NCBI GenBank assembly: GCA_964252035.1
Contig: OZ176205.1
DNA length: 64,000 bases
From: Podarcis erhardii
Lineage: Eukaryota
Strand: one strand, 5' to 3'
The notes under the pieces are model-generated. The model saw only the letters and a program-made list of their open reading frames with translations, was not told the origin of the DNA and did not search any database. Below, one piece after another: positions 1 through 13,200 of the stretch. The position numbers and the translations under genes are program-made. Positions within the stretch are counted from its first letter, which is position 1. Every line of letters starts with the position of its first letter.

Positions 1-3000
1 CAGGATTGTCAAACCAAATTCAAACTAAGATTTAAGATCCAGGCTTCCCCCCATGTTATTCCTGGTTTAGTCACAGCTTGGACAAAATAACAGCATGATG
101 GGGGCGGGGGGGCAGAACTCTCATTCATACCTCAGTTTTTTAAGGTGAAATGGTTGTCCAATCCAGGCCAGTGTTAACTTTAATACTGGAATAAAAATGG
201 GTTCTCGTGTGATTGGTTTAGGGAAGTCTTACTAAGGAAGACAAAGCTATGTATTAAAATAAATAAAAAATTGATTATCTTTTACATGACATGAAGCCCA
301 GAATGTCAAGACACAGGATACTTGGAGGACAACACTGATATCGGTGACCCCCAAAAATAATCTGCTTAAGTAACTTTCAGTAGCACTAGCTATCATAGTG
401 TTTTGGCTTGTCAACAGGATTAAGTAGCTCACGTAATTTCAGGCTGGACAGAATTCAAGTTTAAATATCAAATCCCAACGTTAAAAAGGCTCAACTTCAT
501 AGGTCACCATCCTTCATGCTGTATCAATGTGGCCATCTGTGGTCTTTTAGATGCTGCTGGAGTCCCACTCCCACCATCCCTGGCCATGTTGTGTGGGGCT
601 GGGGGGAACTGGAGCCCTCCAACTTCTGCAGGGCCACAGGCAAGCCATCCTTGCTGCATTAGCCACAATAGTCTGTGTCTTTTAAGGTCCACACAATGAA
701 ACTGTGAGATATACTTAACCTACTGTATGCTAAGTGAGAACTGGCAACAGGAGAATGTAGGGATCATTACAGAATGGACCATAAGCACCAGACGCTTGCT
801 CCTTCTGTGCTGTTAAATGATTATTCATGGCAGAGTCTGAAAAAGTTCAGCCAAATACTCTCACTGGTGTAAAATCAGATAGACTGGTGAGCTAGAATGC
901 TTGAGCTGGAAGATACCACTCACAGAGATCAGTGCATGTTGTGGCCAGTATAAAACAACCCCCACAAGCCTTTCTAGCTCTGAAACAAGGTTGGTAGGAA
1001 GGTAACTGTTGAAGAAAAGCACTGGATGTAAGAAAAGCAACACATAAAATTAGTAGAGTATAAGAGGTTGTACCAGATAATTTATCTGACCCATCCAGAA
1101 TCCTGACTATCTGCTGTTCTTAAAATGAAACATAATGTCAGAAAATATTTCTGGTGCTTCTTTTTTTTTTAAGCAATAGTTTGCTAGGAACTCAAGAGTT
1201 TACCTTGTTTCTGTTCAAAGGGACAAGCTATGCTCACCATAGTAGAAGCCTGAATTAGTCTTTTGAGATGCTTCTATGCAAAGATGATATCCACTGGTTA
1301 TTAACTGAATTCATACAGTTCTGCTCAGAAACGGAGTGCAAACATATGGAGTCTCCATATTTGAGAGAAACAGATTTCTAATTGTGCAATGGGACTTCAA
1401 TGTCCTCTCCTTCCTTCTGAAGTCCCTGGTATGCCCTCAAACTTGCTCAAGGGTTGGGGGGGGCCCTCTGGAGATTCTGAGAGTGCATAGGGGTAAGAAA
1501 GGAAGATGAAGTCTTGCTGAGTCTCTTTGCACAATTCTGTCTTCATCTCAGAGCTGATTCCATAACTGATCAAAAAAGCACCTTCCCCTCTGATAAATGC
1601 TGGATGAAATGTCTGAATTTCTACTGCTCACTTGTATGCTTTCAAGAGTAGTTATTCTCAGATCCCAAAGTTCCTTATTTTAAATAATTGTGAGAATTAA
1701 AAGAATGCAGGGAAAGAACAGAGCAAGTCCACTGGCAAGTTGCCATATTGACAGGAAACTCCTTAACAGGTTCTGCAGATGAAATCCGGTTCTCTGTAGT
1801 ATCCAGAAGAACAGAGCGTGCAAATTAGTTACATCATGATAACCTATAAACATGAATTCGTTCATTTCCAGTATGCAGAGAAATGGCTTTTTGAGAAATC
1901 TAGGCCCTGCTGTTGATGCCCTCATTAAATGCAAATTTGTGTCTTACAACTGCGCAAATGATCACAGTATCAAAATTCTCAGACATCATAGAATGCTACT
2001 GCAAAGACTTTCCACCAAGACTGAGGCTCATCATTTTCCACAGGGATATGCACATCTATCCATCATCCCTCAAACCTTGCTGTTGTTAAAACTGAGAACA
2101 CTCACCTATTCAACGGAATGCGTATCTATTGGCAAGTTAACATAAATGTGATTTGTTTGCCCAGGTCTTTTGTGAGGTTTTTCATGTAGAAAAACCAAAC
2201 ATCTTGCTAATAAAGAAGTATTTTGGCATTGTGTCTATGGAATTTCATTCAATAAGCACTTTTTGCTGGTTAGCTCTCTTTCCACCAGAAGTCTTGAAAA
2301 ATCAAACTGTTAGCGAAGAATGCAGAGGCTGTAAGATCACATTATTATTAAACAGTACCAAAGAAGGCACCCATGGAAAAAACAGCAAGAACCATCAAAG
2401 GGTAGCAGGCAAAAGTGAAGCAAAACAGAAAGGAGAACCAGTGATTGGATCCCCAAATTAAGTTATCAAAAATCTTACATTAAATAAATCAGTTAGCTAC
2501 TGAGACACATGGAAAACACGAATCTCCAAGCCAAGTGACTGTTGTCAGACTCCCAGAGAAATAAGTCATCATGGCTTTCACCAGCACCGCAGACTTCCAA
2601 ATTCCAGAATGGAGATTGATAAATCCTCAGTGGCAATTCCTAGTTTCACTCATTATTCCTACTCCAAGACAGTATCTTAAGACATGTTGGGTCAACGCTA
2701 TGGAGTCACTTCTATATCACTTATTACAGTAGATTCTTCTTTACATCAGATTATGGTGGACGGATATGGAGCTTACAGCAGATCGTTTGGGCAGCTCAGA
2801 CGGTGCCAACCCAGTCTTTGTCCCTTCAAATGAGTTACTTCAACATTCCAAAAATATTAAAACATGGCGGGGCATGCTGTGTTGGGGGGAAGGATAAGCA
2901 CTGTGCAATATGGGAATGCCTAGCAAGGTGCAAAGAGCAGTGAAGGGTGGGGCTAGCTGATCTGTGTCTGAAATGCCAGCTGCTCTTTCAACTGGAAGAT

Positions 3001-3072
3001 CAGAAGCAGGTGGCAGGGTTGGCAGCATGTGCACAAATATCTCCTCTTTCTGCCCATCCTATGTTCAATATA
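1..3072 (-). other. PPP1R12B: Probable PPP1R12B 3' UTR (3' limit not determined)
   Basis: Lies directly downstream of the TAG at 3073-3075. I found no clear minus-strand AATAAA; an ATTAAA is at 179-184. Extent is inference. Confidence 0.45.
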
Positions 3073-3159
3073 CTACTTCGAGAGTTTACTGATGACACGG
3101 ATGAGGGCTCCATTTTCATCTTTCAGCCGCTGATTGTCGGACTTCAGTTCTGTCAAAAC
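3073..3159 (-). CDS. PPP1R12B: PPP1R12B terminal coding exon, canonical leucine zipper [28 protein letters not shown]
   Basis: Acceptor ctttgaacag|GTT, 87 nt (28 aa plus stop), phase 0. Matches the MYPT2 C-terminus as I know it. Confidence 0.97.
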   Translation of the reverse strand, partial: VLTELKSDNQRLKDENGALIRVISKLSK

Positions 3160-4604
3160 CTGTTCAAAGACAAGATCCAAACAATTCAGTATTGGTTGTC
3201 CTGAAATTCCTATGCAGCTCTGGTGGGGGAGAAACACACGACCACTCAAACGAAAGCATTTCTAGTGTTAATCGAAAATGGATTTGATCCCAAAAGCAAC
3301 TAAGCCACACCAACAAAGTGTATCCTTTTCATATTCATATCTCTAAGATTAAACATGGATTTGACTCTTCCATTCTCATATATACAGAGCAGCATCTACT
3401 TGAGTGAGTATGCTAGGTTAGACGTCACACTCGTGGACATTTGTAAGCCCAGGAAATTATACCCAGAAATATTATGAGAAAGAAGTACATTTTGGAGAAC
3501 AATTGCAATCTAGCACAACTTGAAAGGCATTTCATCCTGGACAATGCTACTTGCACTCTTCCGCTTTACTTCACTTTGGGAAATGCACTTGCCTTGTAGC
3601 ATTGTTCCTTCACACCTGGATAAATCCCATGCAAAAGAAATCGCTCACTTTTAAACTCAGAAGGGAAAGTTGCATACTTTCAGAAAACTTAGGGTTGGTT
3701 CACACATTATACTTCCATGTGCAGAGTCACAATTACAGCCCAACAGTGGGGTTGGGTGGGATTTCTGTTACATGCTGTGTGCCTCTATTAATGTCTTTTT
3801 CAACATATGCAAGCAATAGTCAAGAAGGGATACTTTGCTCAAAAGGTCTCGGTATTATCATGCACATTTATGATTCAAATCTATCCTTGCACCCCACCCA
3901 CACCAGTGACTTAGGAAGCAGCAATTTATGCAGGTGGATTCACTTTTGGAAAGTGTTGGTAACATCCAGCCAGTAGTTTTTCCATGGACAGTAGGCACCC
4001 AATTATGTTTCGGGCAAATTATGAAATACTAGCAGCTTCATACCCGGCATTGCTCAGGAAACAAAACAAACAAAACAAAAAACCAGAGCAGTTTTGAAAG
4101 GTTCCGTCTGCATCTTGATTCAAAATGGCATCCAGTTGCATCTCAACGCAGATGAAAGCCTACTTCTTGATCTCAGGAACAACTAATCAAAATATACAGT
4201 AGATCATAGACCAAATCTAGGCTCTTTAAATAAAATAAAGTATCTCTTTGATTAACAACTAATTTACGAGATAAAAGTTTTGTTTTAATGCAATATATTT
4301 ATATATTGCATTTAAAGTAAGGGTTAGTACTGGGTGCCTAGAAACGCTAAGTGATTTGGGGCAAGGACAACCAAGAGTGATCTATTTTGGGCCATGGCTT
4401 AAGTCTGGAATTCTTATGCCTTTACTAATTGAGGTATGCAGCACATGGTTAATTATGACAGCTTGCTTTCCAGACTCCTGAACATTTTGCCAGCCCCTCA
4501 AGCTCCCAGGAATTCCTAGAGGTTGGCCTCTGTTGAAATAAATGACCAGGTGCCTGGCCTGATCAGGGATATTGAAATTATGCACAACCTCTAGCCCAGG
4601 GAGA

Positions 4605-7510
4605 AGAATCATAGAATCATAGAGTTGGAAGAGACCACAAGGGCCATCGAGTCCAACCCCCTGCCAAGCAGGAAACACCATCAGAGCACTCCTGACATAT
4701 GGTTGTCAAGCCTCTGCTTAAAGACCTCCAAAGAAGGAGACTCCACCACACTCCTTGGCAGCAAATTCCACTGTCGAACAGCTCTTACTGTCAGGAAGTT
4801 CTTCCTAATGTTTAGGTGGAATCTTTTTTCTTGTAGTTTGGAACCATTGCTCCGTGTCCGCTTCTCTGGAGCAGCAGAAAACAACCTTTCTCCCTCCTCT
4901 ATGTGACATCCTTTTATATATTTGAACATGGCTATCATATCACCCCTTAACCTCCTCTTCTCCAGGCTAAACATGCCCAGCTCCCTTAGCCGTTCTTCAT
5001 AAGGCATCGTTTCCAGGCCTTTGACCATTTTGGTTGCCCTCCTCTGGACACGTTCCAGTTTGTCAGTGTCCTTCTTGAACTGTGGTGCCCAGAACTGGAC
5101 ACAGTACTCAAGGTGAGGTCTGACCAGAGCAGAATACAGTGGCACTATTACTTTCCTTGATCTAGATGCAATACTCCTATTGATGCAGCCCAGAATTGCA
5201 TTGGCTTTTTTAGCTGCCACGTCACACTGTTGGCTCATGTCAAGTTTGTGGTCAACCAAGACTCCTAGATCCTTTTCACATGTACTGCTCTCAAGCCAGG
5301 TGTCACCCATCTTGTATTTGTGCCTCTCATTTTTTTTGCCCAAGTGCAATACTTTACATTTCTCCCTATTAAAATTCATCTTGTTTGTTTTGGCCCAGTT
5401 CTCTAATCTGTCAAGGTCGTTTTGAAGTGTGATCCTGTCCTCTGGGGTGTTAGCCACCCCTCCCAGTTTGGTGTCATCTGCAAATTTGATCAGGATGCCC
5501 TTGAGTCCATCATCCAAGTCGTTGATAAAGATGTTGAATAAGACCGGACCCAAGACAGAACCCTGTGGCACCCCACTAGTCACTCTTCTCCAGGATGAAG
5601 AGGAACCATTGATGAGCACCCTTTGGGTTCGGTCAGTCAGCCAGTTACAAATCCACTGAGTGGTAGCATAGTCAAGACCGCATTTTACCAGCTTCTTTAC
5701 AAGAATATAATGGGGCACCTTGTCAAATGCTTTGCTGAAATCAAGGTAGGCTACATCCACTGCGTTCCCTTCATCTACCAAGCTTGTAATTCTGTCAAAA
5801 AACGAAATCAGGTTAGTCTGACATGACTTATTTTTCAGAAATCCATGCTGACTATTGGTGATCACAGCATTCCTTTCTAGGTGCTCACAGACTGTTTGCT
5901 TAATGATCTGCTCCAGAATCTTCCCTGGTATTGATGTCAGACTGACTGGGCGGTAATTATTTGGGTCCTCTCTTTCCCCCTTTTTGAAAATAGGGACATT
6001 TGCCCTCCTCCAGTCTGCCGGGACTTCGCCTGTTCTCCAGGAATTCTCAAAGATGACTGCCAGTGGTTCTGAGATCACATCTGCCAGTTCTTTTAATACT
6101 CTTGGATGCAGTTCATCTGGCCCTGGAGACTTGAATACATCTAAACTAGCCAAGTATTCTTGTACTATCTCCTTAGTTATTCTGGGCTGTGTTTCCTCTG
6201 CTGAATCATTTGCTCCAAATTCTTCAGGTCGGGCATTGTTTTCTTTATCGGAGAAGACTGAGGCAAAGAAGGCATTGAGGAGTTCAGTCCCCTGTTTGCA
6301 TTTCACCATCTTCTCCTCTGAGTGACCCCACTGTTTCTTTGTTCTTCCTTTTGCTACGAACATACCCATAAAAGCCTTTTTTGTTGCTTTTAACCTCTCT
6401 AGCAAGCCTGAGTTCATTCTGTGCTTTAGCTTTTCTGACTTTGTGTCTACACGCGCTGGCTATTTGTTTGAATTCCTCTTTGGTGGTTTCCCCCCTTTTC
6501 CATTTTTTGTACACATCCTTTTTTAATCTTAACTCAGTTAAAAGTTCTTTAGATAGCCACCCTGGCTTCTTTAGGCACCTTCCATGTTTCCATCTCATTG
6601 GTATTGCCTGAAGTTGTGCTTTTACTATCTCCCTCTTAACAAACTCCCAGCCATCATGAACTCCCTTTCCTTTTAATATTACTGTCCATGGGATCTCACC
6701 CAGCACTTCCCTAAGTTTTATGAAGTCGGCTTTCTTAAAGTCAAGAATTTGAGTCCTAGTATGCTTGGTTGCTCCTTTCCGCTGTATAGTAAACTTCAGA
6801 AGAGCATGATCACTTGCGCCTAATGATCCTTCCACTTCTACCCCACTAACCAGGTCATCAACATTGGTTAGGACCAGATCTAAAATGGCTGTTCCTCTTG
6901 TTGCTTCTCCCAGTTTCTGGACAACGAAGTTGTCTGCAAGGCCAGTGAGGAATCTGTTTGACCTTATGCTCTTGGCTGAGTTTGACATCCAGCAAATATC
7001 CGGGTAATTGAAGTCCCCCATTACTACTATCTCCCGTCCTTTTGCATGCTTGGCCATCTGTTCCAGGAAGGCATCATCTATGTCCTCCATTTGGCTTGGG
7101 GATCTATAGTAAACTCCCACAATGAGGTCCCTGTTATTCATCTCTCCCTTAATTTTGACCCAAATGCTCTCACTTTGGCTTTGAGGTTCTAAATCTTGGA
7201 TCTCTTCACAGGTATACACATCCCTGACATATAACGCCACTCCTCCTCCTTTCTTGTCTGGTCTGTTTCTCTGAAATAGATTGTAACCCTCCATTATTAC
7301 ATTCCAGTCATGGGACTTATCCCACCAGGTTTCAGTGATGCCTATTATGTCATATTTAGTTTGCTGTACCAAGAGCTCAAGCTCATCTTGTTTATTACCC
7401 ATGCTTTGCGCATTAGTGTACAGACATTGAAGTCCATTAATCATTCCCCCGTGTCTCTTATTTAAGGATTTTTTCCTCCCACCACTAGGATTTTTTCCTC
7501 CCACCACTAG
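4605..7510 (-). mobile_element. CR1 LINE, 5'-truncated, nearly complete ORF2 (APE endonuclease plus RT) with one frameshift
   Basis: ORF 6284-7507 has APE motifs (CLYTNAQSMGNKQDEL, GITETWW, MGDFN, ILDLVL, SDH). ORF 4681-6417 has RT motifs ([22 protein letters not shown]). The 3' end carries the (ATTCTATG)n tail typical of CR1. Frame break near 6284-6289. Confidence 0.97.
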
Positions 7511-10115
7511 AAGAGACTAGGTCAAGATAAAGCCACAAAGGACACTCCAACCATGGCAGAAGGGGGAGGTGGGCTATGTTATGTGCACCTTTCTGCACAC
7601 AGACTTATTGGGAGCCTGTTGCTAAGGGGAATAAATGACTGACAGCTTGCTGACCTTGCTATTTTGACACAGGATAGGATAAGAAGTACACACACTCTCC
7701 TCCATCCATGCCAACATGGTGACCCTTTGACCTAGCCTAGCAATGAGAAGGGTAAAGAGGTACAATCCCAAATCCTGTTCAGTGTTTCAATTTTTATACA
7801 GTACTTGGGATTCTGAATATTTAGAAAGGCAACCACCACAGATTTACTGTCAATACTGGAGGGACAAACTTTATGATTTGCTACAGGTAACTGAGATGCT
7901 GCAAATTTAGGACATTTTGCAACAGATGTAGTCACATTTATTTGACCATTCAGTAGCAACAAAACCTTAATGGTGAGGTATTTCATCCCAGGTTAGCAGA
8001 GTTCTTTAATATTTGCTTGAAAATTGGCAAAAATTGCAAGCAGAGATTGGAATGGTATTGGATTTATAAAATCAGCATTCAACTTTTCTCTTTGTGGGGC
8101 CTGAATATGCAAATAGGTTTCCGGTATAAAAATGATAGCTGAACTTCATAGTTTCATCCTGAGCTTCACACGATGGTGTGAATAGTTAATGTTATAAGAT
8201 GAGCCTGCAAACAACAGTCAGACATACACTTCCTAGAATGTCTCAAGCAACTTTGACAAGTACAACCATTATTTTCATTTTATAATAGGAAAGCAAGGCC
8301 CAAGTGAGATTATTAACAAAACGGGGTGTCAGAACAAGTTCTACCATCAGACCAATGGCATCCTTCAGTAGTTCCTTCAAAGCAAATTAGCCCAAACATG
8401 AGAGATGACTGGTCTAATTAGGGCAAGGAGGACAAAATGATTAATGTGCAATTTACTACACAATACATCTGGTGTTCCCCAAAACTATTATGCAGGATTC
8501 ACTACATGATATCCATTAAAAACATTCACACTAAACACAAGCTTTGAAAATATATGTGTGTGTGGGGAATCAACTAGTTTTAATGGTGTTTCCATGAATA
8601 CCCAGAAAAGCACTTTTCTGCATGTACAGTACAAATGTAGACCCTAGGTATATTTAGTAATACAACTGTGAAATAGAAGAAAATGTGCCTGAATGGTATG
8701 TCCCTGTAATGCTATTAAAGTCATTTGTTTAGCATCTGCAAAGAAACATGGTAGCTTAGTGACATTTCAGTCAGATGAATTGCAACATACAGGGAGAAAG
8801 TATCAAAGGACCTAGATCTTTGCTTTGTTGCTTCACTGAAGCAAGTTCTCAAGAGAAAAAGACTTACACTTTTGCATTAAAGCTGCTATATGTAGCAAGC
8901 ATAACATGCCAACCTATAAGACACAGAGCACATAAAATAAACACCTTGTGCAACTTAAAATCTTCAGGAGAGCTCAAAGCATCAGTAAAGAACATTATAA
9001 CAAAACAGCTGGTTTTATTTTGTTCATGTGTGCTTTGCAAAAAGCCATCCTAACTGGGTAGAATCTTTATAGTGTTGGGAAAACCTGAGGAACTCTTGCT
9101 TTACTGGGGGCCACTCAATTTTCCCCCCACCCACATAGGCCTGACCTTTGACAAAGGCATCCTCAGGTCTTGATACTCATATCTTCCATGAAGCTATCTA
9201 GTCCTTAAAAAAAAATAAAAAAAATCTATACCTACTTTTTCTGATGAACACATATCATTTATAAGCTTTACTATTCAAAAATGGCTTTCATTAAATAAAA
9301 ATGCTGCATGTTCTTTAATTTGTCCCCCCCCCCCCATATTTAGTTTTTTTTTTTTGGGGTAGTTATCCGTGTGGTATGAAAATTTTGAAATAAATAAACA
9401 AACATGAGGACTTGGATCTTTGTTTTGCAGTTTCCGGTACTTACTCTCTCACAACTTACATGCACAATTAGCAGAAAAGCTTTAGATCCTTACAAAACCA
9501 CAGCTAGAATACAACCCACCTCCCCAATGACAAAACTGTGTTTTTTTAACATTGCTGGATTACATCAGTGTTAGCTCACACCAGATACTACACCATTTCA
9601 TAAAAATATTCAATACAAACCCATCTTTAACACTGAGCCGTATGTCCCAGTTCTGATCACTTACATATATTTTGTTAGTATTAATGATATCCTACATTTA
9701 CCTTCAGAACTGCATTATTCTTTTTCACAGTCATGGAAACCAGGTGGCTGGATTTTTGTGTGTTTGTTCTGCCTCTTTCATTCATCCTGTGCTTACCCAA
9801 CAACGCTTTAAAAAGGCAAAATAAAGCCTGAACAAAACTATTATTAGGCTGGTGATCATCCTGAGATGCAGAACCCATATGGGGGAAATGTATACCTGAA
9901 AAGAAGTGACTGAAGTACCTTGTACGCATTAGAAATGCAAAGTTTAGTCTATGAACAGGCAGTGACTTCCATACTGCTATTTGAGTGTCACGCTCCTTAT
10001 CTGCCACATTTAGGAAGAATGTAGAAAGGGTAGGGAATAGCTCAGTCAGACAATAAGAGCAAAGACCTGCCTGGAAGATTGGAAGGAGAGGAGAGATCAA
10101 CTGGAGGGGGAGATG

Positions 10116-10250
10116 CTATAGCTCTTCTGACTCTGGGGTCTCAGCGGATTGCGAGAGCCTGGCTACAACCCGGGTCAAAGCCCTGTTTTCGGCCAGCAGC
10201 TGCTCATTCATCTGCCTCAAAGTGTGAATCTGTTTGAGCTGGTGAAGGTT
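10116..10250 (-). CDS. PPP1R12B: PPP1R12B alternative C-terminal exon [44 protein letters not shown]
   Basis: Acceptor ctcactttgcag|AAC, 135 nt, phase 0. Closely resembles the alternative 'B-type' MYPT2/M21 C-terminus recalled from mammals. Confidence 0.93.
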   Translation of the reverse strand, partial: NLHQLKQIHTLRQMNEQLLAENRALTRVVARLSQSAETPESEEL

Positions 10251-13200
10251 CTGCAAAGTGAGACATGGAGGAGATAGACAAAGACAAAACAGAGAATATA
10301 AAACAGCACAGAAACATGAATTCAATTGGCAAGCAAGAAAAAAAGAAGAGCAGCAACGAGAGGTGGAGAGCAGTGAAAGCACAGAAGAAGCTGGACAACA
10401 TACTAAAGCACTAGACCAACCAAAAAAGAAACCACAAAGAATGCTGTTCATTCTCTTAAGGCTTGAACCTAACCAAGTTTCAAATTTAATGAAACACCAT
10501 AAAGGTGACAAATTATAGCTCTTAAATGGAGTGAGAAACTTCACCATGGCTGAAAACCACATCAGGAAAACCTTGCGCACAGCACTTTTAAAGTCCTTTT
10601 GCAAGGTACTGACAGATGACTAATGCTGGTTGGAAGAGAACCAATAGGGCAGTTAAGTATCTTTATAAAAGCTTTATATGACCCACATCCCAGCCAAAGT
10701 GGCTTTGCATAGCAAAAGGGGATAGTTGTAGCAGCTGAAGTAAATTGCTTTAAAATGAGTCTAATGCTATCCTTCGCTTTACAACATGTGGTAGTATTTG
10801 CAGTGGAAAGGGAAACTGGTTTGTACAATGCTGAATACTGTCACAATACACAACTCTTATAGCCTGTGCAGTCTGTAAGTGTCCCCGTGCTGAATTTTTG
10901 CCCCACAATTTAGCCAAACAGTAGCTTTACACTAAACACCATTGATGCAGAATCTTCAAAAACACCCCTCTAAATACAAGCACACACTTTTTCATATTTG
11001 TGTATGGAAAAAATGGTCAGCATTCCTTACTGGCATGAAACACAAGTGTTAATTTATGTGTTCACGGCAATTTTCTCTAGTATAAATAGGACTAAAATCT
11101 TGTATGAACACTAAAGGCCAAGTATACAGACAATTAAGTGCTTTGAAATTGCTTTTATAGCATCAAAGGCAATTGCTTCAGAAGGGTTTCCAATGCAGAC
11201 ACTAAAAGGACCCAATTTTCTAAAGAAGGAAATGTCTAATGCATTTCACTTTCAATATGGTGTAATAATAAAACAACATGGGCAGATTGTGAAAGCTGTA
11301 GGGATTCTGTTGGAATATTATTTTGTTGTGTTCATTCAAAGGTATAACTGAGCCGTTGAATCTGTCTACTTGAGACATGAAGTAAATGCCTTTGTAAGAC
11401 AGTGAAGAAAACACAATGATGAAGATATAACTGAGGATATAAACACCCTTACAGAAAGTTTTACTGGGCCAGTAGGATGGGGAATAATCTTGACAGACTC
11501 TCAAAATATGAGGTACAACATCTATGTGACAACAATTTGCAGAAAAGGCAACACAAATCCAATGGAACAGCATCCTTTTTGTTACTTCCGGGATGATTGT
11601 GGTACAGCAACCTAGAATTTTCTGCAGAAGCAAATATCTTCCATTAGCTTGCATTCCATTCTACTCTTCTCTTCTTCATTGACTGAAGCATAGAGATTTA
11701 TTGACTAAATCCAGGCACCAACCAAAAGCTCTCCATTACCGTTTGGCTAAACAGATCTCTGGATATAATTTACTTAATTTTCAACTGTGAGAGTCATTTT
11801 ATTTTATTTTTTTTAAGCACAGGGCACTAAGCCCATAAGACAAAAACACTAAAAGGTTAGCAAACTCTGCAAACATTTTTGTGAGGGACACACAACACAG
11901 TATCCTTATTCCCCCCCCCCATCTATGCTGTGACTATTAGGAAATCCTAATGCTGGTGTGCCTGGTTTATGCTTCATTAATTTAGTTCTTCAGAAGCTCA
12001 CAATAATTATATTGCATAGGAGGACAGATCATAAATGGGGCAGCAGGGCCAGAAAAGAAACTGAATACTGCATCAAAGGTTTCACTACTAAAAATGATAA
12101 AGTCCAACCTGTCAATAATTTAAAAGGCTTAATTGCTGATTAAGGATTAAGGATTAAGCTGATATAGCTGAGCTGTGTCTCTGTTCAGCCAAGTCGCAAA
12201 GCGATCAAGCAGCCCAGAGAGCCTAACGACACTGCTTCAGTGTCCAACTCAGGTTTTTACCTTCCTTCTTCCAAGTGAGTTGCTGACAGCAAGGAAAGAG
12301 GTGACTGTACAGCAGGGAAAGAATGTAAATTGAAAAAGCAGTTCCTGGACAAGGGGTAAGCCAAAATGCAACCACAGCACAAGAGGGATTGAGGCAGGAT
12401 GCGTGCATATTTGCTTTGTCAACTCAAGGTGACTTTGGCTATAAAAAGAAGTTGTGGACAGATAAGGCATGTAATGCATGAAATGGATGTCATTTGAGAG
12501 AAGCAGACATGCTGAAAATGGCCTGTAATATTATGGCAGAACACCCAAAGTTGACGGACCACTCAAGGGCACTACATTTATTTAGAAAAGGTAGTTCAGA
12601 AGAAAAATAGTAAATAAGATTATCGAGGATTTTCATAGTTTCACCACCTCACACAAATCAGTACTGCTGCTTTAGGGTTTCCAGAGCCGAACACTTCAGC
12701 AATCACACCTGAAGGATAAAATCCTGGTAACTACTGCATATTGGTTACATGTAACACAACAGCATTGTTCTTCTTACTAGTACGTTTTTAGGAGGGTTGT
12801 TTTTGTTGTTGTTGCTAGTCACATCATCCTTCAGAACAAGGTACAGTATAGCTATTTTGTGTAGCTGAATTCAAGGTGGTGTTGCGTTTGCCCCTCTGCA
12901 TTCTCATTTTAATTCTTTAAGAGCTTTCAAATAATTACATTTTAATAAGACCTCTAGAGAGGCCAATGGTGCAACTCATCCCCCGCAACTGAGGATCATG
13001 CTGTAAGATGGAGTGCAATTTCCGCTTTTGAAACCCCCCCCCCCAAGTCGAAACAGATCTTGACTTCAAAGGATTATCACACTCAGTAAAAACATAAAGG
13101 ACATAAATTGGAACCATCTCCAGCAAGGCAGGAAATGGCTTTCATCACTACTATGGTTTCAGGGGTGCAGCAGCTCCTGTTCTTGAAGCAGAAACATTTC

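Noticed and set aside
2947-3204. Plus-strand 85-aa ORF, and similar ORFs at 10258-10518 and 52933-53403
   Set aside because: Antisense shadows of PPP1R12B exons, adjacent pyrimidine tracts or SINE sequence. No independent gene structure.
5180-6611. Several plus-strand ORFs over the CR1
   Set aside because: Antisense readings of ORF2.
11220-11654. 144-aa minus-strand ORF
   Set aside because: No recognisable domain, intronic, and composition typical of random AT-rich sequence.
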